IMG/VR virus record: IMGVR_UViG_3300035454_000831
Location: 1 to 64,000 of that record
DNA from: a virus
Lineage: Duplodnaviria > Caudoviricetes
DNA length: 64,000 bases
Direction: 5' to 3' (one strand)
In this document: one piece after another, positions 1 through 7,161 of the stretch
How the letters are laid out: the number at the start of each line of letters is the position of its first letter
Numbering within the stretch: the stretch's first letter is position 1
Notes under the pieces: generated by a model
What the model was told of the DNA's origin: nothing
Databases searched by the model: none
The model's input: the letters and a program-made list of their open reading frames with translations, nothing else
Program-made: the position numbers and the translations under genes

Positions 1-9
1 CACTAAAAT

Positions 10-1452
10 ATGAAAGGCATTATCGCTCAAGACGTGACTCGCATGCTGAAGAGAGGTCTCTCCCTCTCCGAACGCTCGATGGGTTCCGTCCTCTCTGAGT
101 CCAATGGTTCTCTCGTGAAGGCTGACGGCTGGAAGGAAATGGTCGAGTCCATCTCCAATCCAGAACGTCGCGCCTTTGTTGCGAACATGTTGGAAAACTA
201 CCGTCAAGCTCGCATGCAGCTCGACGAAACCACAACCTCGCTGACTGTCGGTAACTTCGACAAGTACGCCTTCCCGCTCATCTCCATCGTTTCGGAGAAC
301 ATGATCGCGCAGGACCTTGTTTCGGTTCAGCCGATCGAAGGCCCATCCGGTCACATCTTCTTCGTGAACCTCGTTACGGGGCAAACGAAGGGTAACGTGC
401 CTAAGGGTACCCCAATCTGGGATGCTCGCTCTGGCCGTGCTGATCGCATGGACACCTCCGACGACGCGATCAACGAGGAACACCTTGGAGACACCAACGA
501 ATCCGGTGCTCTCTCCAGTGTGAACCTGTCGTACACCCCTGTCGTCCCCGGTACTGTCACCGTCCAAACCGACGATGGTGGTGGCGCAGTTTATCGTGAT
601 AACGGCAACGGTGTCCTCCTCTCCGGTGCCTCCGAAAGGGGTACGGTTGACTACAACACTGGTGCTGTCACTCTTGCCAGCGCCGTTGCTGATGCTACCT
701 TCACTGCTTCCTACAACACCAACACCGAACTCAACGGTGAAGCTCAAATGCTGGACATCGAGATCCAGCACGCTCCGGTGTTTGCTAAGGAACGGAAAAT
801 GCGCATCCGCTGGTCCACGGAAGCCGCCCAGATCATGGATGCTCTGCATTCCGTGAACGCTGAGAACCTCCTGACGACCTCCGTCACTAACAACATCAAC
901 TGGGAAATCGATCGTGAGATCATCGAGGACCTCCGTCGTGGTGCCTCCGCTGGTACTGTCAATTGGAGTGCTTCGCCGCCTTCCGGTCAGACCATCGGTT
1001 ACCAAGAGCATAAGCTCTCCTTCGTTGACGCCCTGGTGTACGCCTCCGGCTACATCAGCCGCGCAACCAACAGAGTTCGTGCCAACTGGGTTGTTGCTGG
1101 TCAGAACGGTGCCAACGTTATCGAGACCCTGCCACAGTTCGAACCCTCCGATGCGGATCTTACCGAGATCGAAGGTGTTTGCTACCTCGGTAACCTCGGT
1201 CGCCTCAAGGTGTACGCCGATCCGCACTACGTCCAGAACGAGTGCCTTGTCGGTTACAAGGGTAAGGACTTCACCCGTGCGGGTTACGTCTACGCTCCTT
1301 GGTTGCTCCTGTTCTCGACTCCTACCATCACGCTTGATGACTTCATCAACCGTAAGGGGATGGCATCGAGCTACGGCAAGAAGATGATCAACAGCCGCTT
1401 CTACTCGAAGATCAAGTTGACGAATTTTTCTGACCAGTTTGGGGAACCCTAA
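10..1452 (+). CDS. gp23: Major capsid protein, T4 gp23-like
   Basis: 480 aa. Motifs VSVQPIEGPSG, ERKMRIRWSTEAAQ, EIDREII and GYVYAPW are typical of gp23. Biased codon usage; terminator follows. Confidence 0.95.
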   Translation: MKGIIAQDVTRMLKRGLSLSERSMGSVLSESNGSLVKADGWKEMVESISNPERRAFVANMLENYRQARMQLDETTTSLTVGNFDKYAFPLISIVSENMIAQDLVSVQPIEGPSGHIFFVNLVTGQTKGNVPKGTPIWDARSGRADRMDTSDDAINEEHLGDTNESGALSSVNLSYTPVVPGTVTVQTDDGGGAVYRDNGNGVLLSGASERGTVDYNTGAVTLASAVADATFTASYNTNTELNGEAQMLDIEIQHAPVFAKERKMRIRWSTEAAQIMDALHSVNAENLLTTSVTNNINWEIDREIIEDLRRGASAGTVNWSASPPSGQTIGYQEHKLSFVDALVYASGYISRATNRVRANWVVAGQNGANVIETLPQFEPSDADLTEIEGVCYLGNLGRLKVYADPHYVQNECLVGYKGKDFTRAGYVYAPWLLLFSTPTITLDDFINRKGMASSYGKKMINSRFYSKIKLTNFSDQFGEP

Positions 1453-1476
1453 TCCGGTTCCGGAAGTTCCGTAATG

Positions 1477-1506
1477 GAGGCCGTGGGAAACCACGGCCTC
1501 TTTTTT
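1477..1506 (+). terminator. Rho-independent terminator after the capsid gene
   Basis: GAGGCCGTGG-GAAA-CCACGGCCTC perfect 10-bp stem followed by T6. Confidence 0.93.
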
Positions 1507-1526
1507 ATGCATTCTATTACCGAATC

Positions 1527-2162
1527 ATGAGTGAAGTTAGCACATCGCCGAACGCTAAACAGATCGCCCGCCAACTCTGGGAGAGGAAGCACGATCCGGA
1601 GAAGCGGGAGAAATTCCTAATCGCCCAGCGCAAGGCTGTGAAAACCTTGCGAGCGAGTCAGAAAGCGGCAGTGGTGGCTCATTATGGTGGAAGATGTAAG
1701 TGCGGCATCGCTGATACTGACGTACTAACTGTTGATCATATAAATGAGGACGGCCACAAGCATGGTCCTCATGGGAAACGCAACAACCGATCATACCAAT
1801 ATTTTGATGTGATCAGAGCAGGGTTTCCTGATGACATCCAGTTATTATGTTTTGTGTGCAACCAGTTAAAGCACGTGGCGCACATAGGAGTTTCCTCAAA
1901 ACCAAGTGCCGTAGAATACCAAAGGCTTCGCAGGCAGGTTATCGACGGCTATGGTGGTAGATGTCCTTGCGGGGAGGATCGGCTGGACGCCCTCACCATC
2001 GATCATGTGAATCATGACGGGAGTAAGGATCGAGCAGAAGTAGGGACTGTCAAAATATACCGACGCCTCAGACGCGAAAATTTTCCCTCGGGTTATCAAG
2101 TCTTGTGCTTAAACTGCAACTGGAAGAGGTTTCTGACGAAGCTTAGTGATGTTGGACGATAA
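1527..2162 (+). CDS. HNH-type endonuclease with two tandem HNH modules
   Basis: YGGRC.CG...LT(V/I)DH(I/V)N.DG...Q(L/V)LC..CN occurs twice. Confidence 0.8.
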   Translation: MSEVSTSPNAKQIARQLWERKHDPEKREKFLIAQRKAVKTLRASQKAAVVAHYGGRCKCGIADTDVLTVDHINEDGHKHGPHGKRNNRSYQYFDVIRAGFPDDIQLLCFVCNQLKHVAHIGVSSKPSAVEYQRLRRQVIDGYGGRCPCGEDRLDALTIDHVNHDGSKDRAEVGTVKIYRRLRRENFPSGYQVLCLNCNWKRFLTKLSDVGR

Positions 2163-2221
2163 CAGTTCGGGCCTTCTCAGTATGAAACGATGGAACTCCC
2201 CTTGGTAAAGTGAGGGCATTG

Positions 2222-2392
2222 TTAGCCCAAGACGGCGTTGATCTCCGCCAGCTTGTCGGTCAGTTTGACTTTCAGGTCTTCGGCAGTTTGCCCGAGGTTC
2301 CGACGATGCAGGTAGTCGGCAGCATCGGCTATCAGCCGTTTTGCGGACACAAGCTCATCACGTAGTTGTTGGATTCTTTCTTCGGTGGTCAT
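2222..2392 (-). CDS. Small helical hypothetical protein (56 aa, not in ORF track)
   Basis: Translated by hand: MTTEERIQQLRDELVSAKRLIADAADYLHRRNLGQTAEDLKVKLTDKLAEINAVLG. Confidence 0.7.
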   Translation of the reverse strand: MTTEERIQQLRDELVSAKRLIADAADYLHRRNLGQTAEDLKVKLTDKLAEINAVLG

Positions 2393-2415
2393 AAAGAGGT
2401 TATTCAGCTTCCGGT

Positions 2416-2456
2416 AAAAAGTGCCCTACCCTGAGAACCGATAAGCAGGGTAGGGC
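2416..2456 (-). terminator. Rho-independent terminator
   Basis: GCCCTACCCTG/CAGGGTAGGGC 11-bp stem, then a T run on the minus strand. Confidence 0.75.
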
Positions 2457-2490
2457 TTTCTTCGCTCCCATCACACGATGGGTGAGGAAA
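2416..2490 (-). ncRNA. Candidate ~75-nt small RNA or attenuator leader
   Basis: Lies between a consensus promoter (2496-2524) and an 11-bp terminator hairpin (2423-2456 plus U5); internal CCCATC/GATGGG hairpin. Confidence 0.45.
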
Positions 2491-2495
2491 CCTGG

Positions 2496-2524
2496 ATTAT
2501 AACACATGACCTGCTTGTTGTCAA
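2496..2524 (-). promoter_or_regulatory. sigma70-type early promoter
   Basis: TTGACA-N17-TATAAT with extended TG. Confidence 0.88.
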
Positions 2525-2539
2525 GTGCGAACTCGTGAC

Positions 2540-2568
2540 TTGACAAACAATGCACTTTGTGTTATAAT
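2540..2568 (+). promoter_or_regulatory. sigma70-type early promoter, divergent from the previous one
   Basis: TTGACA-N17-TATAAT; 8 nt gap to ATG 2577. Confidence 0.88.
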
Positions 2569-2576
2569 CCAGCCCT

Positions 2577-2837
2577 ATGAGATTCAGACTAATCAAGCCG
2601 AAAAAGCCGGAGAATAGGCCAGAGCCTATCCGGCACTCAGCAGACGAGGCCATCAAAATCGCCATGATGTACGATAACGCCACCAAGGGGAATGAGAGAA
2701 ACCGTCAGGAACACCGTGTCAGATTTTTTGAGTTCTGCAGAGAGATCGTCAGAAGGGAGTTCCCGAATAAGGTTGGCAGCTGGAAATACGACATGGAGGA
2801 AGGCCGAATCCTATTCACTGAGGACTCAAGCAACTAG
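2577..2837 (+). CDS. Hypothetical early protein
   Basis: 86-aa ORF directly after a consensus promoter. Confidence 0.75.
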   Translation: MRFRLIKPKKPENRPEPIRHSADEAIKIAMMYDNATKGNERNRQEHRVRFFEFCREIVRREFPNKVGSWKYDMEEGRILFTEDSSN

Positions 2838-2838
2838 C

Positions 2839-3162
2839 ATGAAATATGACTTGAGGTCTCCGTGTTCAGATTGCCCATTCAGGACTGATGTAAGACCTTA
2901 TATCACCGTTGGAAGAGTGGCTGAACTCCCAGATGTACCCTTCTCATGTCATAAGACTACGACATGCAAGAACCGCAGAAATTCTCATCCAGACGCACAA
3001 CACTGTGCTGGCTCTCTGATCATACACGAGAAAATGGACCGACCGCACCAGATGATGAGAATAGCGGAAAGACTGCGCATGTATGATCGGACCAAGTTGA
3101 ATATGACCGCTCCAGTATACAACAGTTTTGAAGAAATGATGAACGCCCACGAAAATGCTTGA
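2839..3162 (+). CDS. Cys/His-rich conserved phage protein
   Basis: PCSDCPFR...CHKT...QHCAG. Start moved to ATG 2839, just after the upstream stop. Confidence 0.75.
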   Translation: MKYDLRSPCSDCPFRTDVRPYITVGRVAELPDVPFSCHKTTTCKNRRNSHPDAQHCAGSLIIHEKMDRPHQMMRIAERLRMYDRTKLNMTAPVYNSFEEMMNAHENA

Positions 3163-3165
3163 TAC

Positions 3166-3194
3166 TTGACAAAGTTCGATACACGTGTTATGGT
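3166..3194 (+). promoter_or_regulatory. sigma70-type early promoter
   Basis: TTGACA-N17-TATGGT with extended TG; 5 nt gap to ATG 3200. Confidence 0.75.
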
Positions 3195-3199
3195 TAGGA

Positions 3200-3829
3200 A
3201 TGTTTGCACCAATCGCCCGATTTGTCAGGGTCCTACGGGATCAACGTCTGAGAGCCCATTTCAAGTCTCTAACCCTAGTTTACCGGGACGGCTTCATTAC
3301 TATTGATGCTCAGTCTGAATCAGCCGTAACCCAAGCTTATGGGACTTTCCCAGATGGCGCGATTGGACTAGTCGAAAGGTTGAAATCAGGGACCATCAAC
3401 ATAGAATATCTAGGATACTCCGCTCATGGGGAAATCGCGATCCGAGCGAAGCCAGATGCCATTGACACTATTGAGAAAGCAGTCGACTTCATTCGGGAGA
3501 CCGTCAGACCAGATCCAAGGACCGATCGCTTTGAATACCTGAAACTGTTGTATGAAGCTTACGATCCTACTGGGTGCATGTCAGACGATCACAGGTACTA
3601 CGCCTCTGCCGAGCGCACCAGAAATGAAATTCAACGGGTGACTTCCGAACTAGAGGATAATGCAGATCCTCAGACCCTCAGACAGCTCAAAGAAGCACAC
3701 TTCAACGACATAGTGTCAGCGCTTCTCGCCCATAATATTTGCAAGCCAGGGGAGGCGTCGGCGATGGTGTCGAACGATCGCCAGCGGTGTGAAGCAATGA
3801 TTCTTGCCAGCATAAACCGTCCTACTTGA
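3200..3829 (+). CDS. Hypothetical early protein
   Basis: Open frame; start reassigned to the ATG after the promoter. Confidence 0.75.
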   Translation: MFAPIARFVRVLRDQRLRAHFKSLTLVYRDGFITIDAQSESAVTQAYGTFPDGAIGLVERLKSGTINIEYLGYSAHGEIAIRAKPDAIDTIEKAVDFIRETVRPDPRTDRFEYLKLLYEAYDPTGCMSDDHRYYASAERTRNEIQRVTSELEDNADPQTLRQLKEAHFNDIVSALLAHNICKPGEASAMVSNDRQRCEAMILASINRPT

Positions 3830-3857
3830 CATGATGAGAGAGATTGGAACGATAAGT

Positions 3858-4040
3858 GCTAAAAGTCAATTAGCTGTGGAATGGCTTGAGTCCTTTAATT
3901 CAAGCGATAAACACCAGCATAGAATCATGTTTGGCGTAGGTGATTCGAGAATCAACCTGTCTGAAAGTTGCTCGCTATTGATTCATCTTTCAGTTCTAGC
4001 GATGATCTATAAATGACTATTGCCACATATAGATCATCGC
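3858..4040 (+). ncRNA. Candidate structured ncRNA (six consecutive hairpins)
   Basis: Stems at 3858-3874, 3884-3905, 3914-3934, 3938-3958, 3961-3993 and 3999-4040 (13-bp perfect). G-U pairs favour the + strand. Confidence 0.5.
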
Positions 4041-4044
4041 CTAC

Positions 4045-4073
4045 TTGACAAGTAACAAGCAGTGTGTTATAAT
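4045..4073 (+). promoter_or_regulatory. sigma70-type early promoter
   Basis: TTGACA-N17-TATAAT; 5 nt gap to ATG 4079. Confidence 0.9.
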
Positions 4074-4078
4074 TAGGA

Positions 4079-4672
4079 ATGAAACCACCAACCTTCCCTT
4101 GCCGTCCGATCAATTGTGGAAAACTGACTTCCTCCAGACCAAAAATCGGGGACTTTTGGGTGGAGCCGAAGATTACCGGGATGAGAATCATCCTACATGC
4201 CCCATCCGGGGAAATGTGGACTAGACACGGGACGACACTCTCGAACCCGAAATGGTTTGCCGCTGCCGCTGCTAAGATCGGGCAGTTGCTCCCTTCTGAA
4301 GAGTGGTTAGATTGTGAGGGCCTTTATCAAGCGCACAACGTTGGAAAGGGTACGATAGTGGTCCTAGACTCCATCGTGAAGGATGAAAGCATCGAGGACC
4401 GTAGGGAGAGATTTTCGACACTCCAAGAGATGCCAATCACCAATGGTATCTCTGAAAATGAGGTTTACCGAATCCCCTCCCTTGACTGGAACTCTGCGAA
4501 GTCCCTTTGGGATAAACTCCTAGGTCTTGGGGAAGATTGGGTAAAGCGAGGTAATGGTAGCGTCCCTCTTTTCGAGGGAATCGTTGCCAAGAAGAAATCC
4601 TCGAATTACCCATTCCAAAACATTGACCCAAAAAGGGAAACGCCAATTTGGCACAAGCATCGCTTCGCGTGA
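4079..4672 (+). CDS. ATP-dependent ligase-like nucleotidyltransferase, adenylation domain only
   Basis: EPKITGMR (motif I-like), LDCE (III), EGIVAKK (IV), WHKHR (V); no OB domain. Confidence 0.7.
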   Translation: MKPPTFPCRPINCGKLTSSRPKIGDFWVEPKITGMRIILHAPSGEMWTRHGTTLSNPKWFAAAAAKIGQLLPSEEWLDCEGLYQAHNVGKGTIVVLDSIVKDESIEDRRERFSTLQEMPITNGISENEVYRIPSLDWNSAKSLWDKLLGLGEDWVKRGNGSVPLFEGIVAKKKSSNYPFQNIDPKRETPIWHKHRFA

Positions 4673-4677
4673 GAACC

Positions 4678-4684
4678 TAGTTAT
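4678..4684 (+). promoter_or_regulatory. Putative late promoter TAGTTAT
   Basis: 7 nt gap to ATG 4692; motif recurs before structural genes. Confidence 0.6.
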
Positions 4685-4691
4685 TTTTATC

Positions 4692-4973
4692 ATGAAAAAC
4701 CTGTCAGAAGACGCTACTAAGTTCTTGAGTATGATTGAGGACTCCTCACCACGTAACTTCTACGCGGTTATGAAAGGAAGAGACCAGCTCGTCAAGTTTC
4801 TCAGTTCTACTACAGAACCGGACGAGCGATACAGGTCTGCTGAAGAGGGTCCGGAAGACCGTGGTTATGGATGGGTCGATAGGGATCCGGACGAGGTCAC
4901 TAAGCTCGTTAATAAGGCGAAGGAACTCGGTATCGAGTTCTTTCTCTCCCCATCCCCTCTACCTATCAACTGA
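4692..4973 (+). CDS. Small protein with MKNLSE leader, putative internal head protein
   Basis: Late motif upstream; N-terminus identical to that of ORF 33550. Confidence 0.65.
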   Translation: MKNLSEDATKFLSMIEDSSPRNFYAVMKGRDQLVKFLSSTTEPDERYRSAEEGPEDRGYGWVDRDPDEVTKLVNKAKELGIEFFLSPSPLPIN

Positions 4974-5334
4974 ACTGCGCCCTTACTGCTTTGGCGTATT
5001 TGCCCCGACTAGCCACTTCTCCAGTTTCGAATGCTGGACAGGAACAGACCCTAGACTCTTTCACCTTCCCAGTTAGTTTAAGGTTACCTGACCCCAACTT
5101 CGAGAAGTACATGCAAACCGGGACCTTGCAAAGATCGGTCGAGACGTTCTGAATGGTTACCAGACTCCCAGATGGTATGGACTTGAAGCAATCCAAACAG
5201 CTAGTTGGTTCGTCTAATTGGTAAATTACCTCCGAGCCAACCTGTCCTACCTTCCTTCGTTTAGGGCGGACTGCCTCCTGAGTTGGTAACTCTTCTGGTT
5301 GTGATTTGTGTTTGGTCGGATTTCTGGTCGGCAT
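4966..5334 (-). CDS. Hypothetical early protein with Cys pairs
   Basis: 122 aa; consensus promoter 5 nt upstream. Confidence 0.7.
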   Translation of the reverse strand: MPTRNPTKHKSQPEELPTQEAVRPKRRKVGQVGSEVIYQLDEPTSCLDCFKSIPSGSLVTIQNVSTDLCKVPVCMYFSKLGSGNLKLTGKVKESRVCSCPAFETGEVASRGKYAKAVRAQFS

Positions 5335-5339
5335 GGTTT

Positions 5340-5368
5340 ATTATAGCATAAGTCTTGATAAGTGTCAA
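5340..5368 (-). promoter_or_regulatory. sigma70-type early promoter
   Basis: TTGACA-N17-TATAAT; 5 nt gap to ATG 5334. Confidence 0.88.
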
Positions 5369-5370
5369 GG

Positions 5371-7125
5371 CTAAGATTTGCTTATCGCTAATTGTCCCCC
5401 TCTACTGACCTCCCAGGTCTGATCCACATCTTGTTTAATCTCCCCAGCGGAGTGAGTTATCAGGAAAACCGAGGACTTCACCTGAGAAATCTCCTTTAGG
5501 AGCATTAGAACTGCGCGTTGTAACGGCGGATCTAACTTCTCGAAGGTCTCATCGAAGAATACATGATTGAACCTATTGTTCCTCTTGTTGCTGAGAGACA
5601 TCAGACACATCAGTATTATGATGTCTATAGTTCTTCTTTCACCAGCACTGCTACCGTGGTATTGCCAAGCGCCTATTGGATTGTGGACCTCCACCGACAG
5701 ATTCCCGGAGAAGGCTTCATCAGTTCCTCTGATCGCGAACTTAACCTTGATCGGCGTATTTAATAACTCAGCCACCCTTCCGGCTTCCTCATTCATGTAT
5801 GGTATCACAGACCTGATAACGCTGAGCTTGAACCCCCTATTTGAAAATAACTCCTCCAGAATCTCCTCATCCTCGATCCTTTTCTTCATGATGTCGATTC
5901 TACCAATAACGTCCAGTTTAGCCTCCTTTGCCTTCCTGATACGTTCCTCTGCGTCTTTGGCTCTGGTCAGCTCCGATAGTATTCGAGATTCACTCCTGTG
6001 AAGAGAGGATATCTCCGTGTTTATTTCGTCCTTCGTCGTTTGATATTTGTTTAGGAGTTTCCTAGACTTAGAGGATATAGTGTCGACAGTCTCTTCGGCG
6101 GATTCTAACCTGTCATCTAGGGATTTTTTCCTGGCCAACTCAGCCTCCAAGTTTTCCTCCAACTTCCTCTTCTCCTCGTCAATATTATGGGGACAGATTG
6201 ACTCAGTTTCCTGGCCGCATTCATGGCATCTCCCTGCCTCTACTAGCGATTCTATCCTCTTTAACTCCCTCAAGGATGACTTTATCTCTGAGATCGTGTC
6301 CGGGAGCATTTTGAAAAGTGGATTAGTACGTAGGGAGACGAGGTGATCTTTGGCTTCCTTGGCGAGTCCCATGAGTTTTTCATTCTTAACTTCGAATAGT
6401 TCCTCGACAGTTTCGAGCAACTCGGTCTGTTCTTTCAGCCTATCGGAGATATCGGAGAGAGACTCCTCCATGGCGCGGGAGTCTGAGATCTCGAAGGCTT
6501 CTTCCTCGGATAGTCTTTGCTCAGCTATCTGGAACTCCCGCATCAGGGCGTTATGCTCGGACTTTAGAGCTTTCAATATTCCACTGGTTTCTTCATGAGC
6601 TCCTTGGACGATCCATAACTCCAGGAGTTCGTCCAATACCGACTTCTTCTCACTATCAGAGGCGTCTGGGAACTTCCCCATGTCCGTTGAGCACACAACA
6701 CTCCTTCTGAAAACTCTCTCGGACATCTTCAAGAGACCATCACTTATCAACTTCTGGGTATCTTTGGAGGTGCCCCGGGTGAGTCTGTCCTCTGTGCCAT
6801 CATCATGGAGCCTATGAAGCTCAAGACCGGACAACTTCAACTCACTATCCTTACCTCTCATAATCCTAAACCTGCCGGACTCAGATTTCAACCATATGCA
6901 CACCGAGAATTCCTTTTCAGTGTTCTTTTTGACTGACTGTCCTGGATTCGAGCCGTACTCGAACGAACTCCCATAGAGACCATATAATACTGATTCACAA
7001 GTGAGAGCCGTCTTTCCAGATCCAACCCTACCATGAACGACTACCAAGCCTTGATTTTCGAATTCAAGCTCAGCCAACCCTATTGAGAAGAAGTTCTTTA
7101 TCTTTATCCTTTCAAGTGTCGTCAT
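5371..7125 (-). CDS. SbcC/Rad50/gp46-like recombination ATPase
   Basis: Walker A GRVGSGKT, coiled coil with CHEC zinc hook, SAGERR signature, FFDE Walker B, ITHS H-loop. Confidence 0.92.
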   Translation of the reverse strand: MTTLERIKIKNFFSIGLAELEFENQGLVVVHGRVGSGKTALTCESVLYGLYGSSFEYGSNPGQSVKKNTEKEFSVCIWLKSESGRFRIMRGKDSELKLSGLELHRLHDDGTEDRLTRGTSKDTQKLISDGLLKMSERVFRRSVVCSTDMGKFPDASDSEKKSVLDELLELWIVQGAHEETSGILKALKSEHNALMREFQIAEQRLSEEEAFEISDSRAMEESLSDISDRLKEQTELLETVEELFEVKNEKLMGLAKEAKDHLVSLRTNPLFKMLPDTISEIKSSLRELKRIESLVEAGRCHECGQETESICPHNIDEEKRKLEENLEAELARKKSLDDRLESAEETVDTISSKSRKLLNKYQTTKDEINTEISSLHRSESRILSELTRAKDAEERIRKAKEAKLDVIGRIDIMKKRIEDEEILEELFSNRGFKLSVIRSVIPYMNEEAGRVAELLNTPIKVKFAIRGTDEAFSGNLSVEVHNPIGAWQYHGSSAGERRTIDIIILMCLMSLSNKRNNRFNHVFFDETFEKLDPPLQRAVLMLLKEISQVKSSVFLITHSAGEIKQDVDQTWEVSRGGQLAISKS

Positions 7126-7132
7126 ATTTGGA

Positions 7133-7155
7133 AGAAAGCTTCGGTATCTAGTTAT
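7133..7155. promoter_or_regulatory. Divergent putative middle (GCTTTCT, minus strand) and late (TAGTTAT, plus strand) promoters
   Basis: 7 nt before ATG 7125 and 6 nt before ATG 7162. Confidence 0.55.
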
Positions 7156-7161
7156 TGAAAG

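Noticed and set aside
3831-4016. 61-aa ORF
   Set aside because: No recognisable features or start context, and it coincides with the hairpin array, so it is treated as probably non-coding
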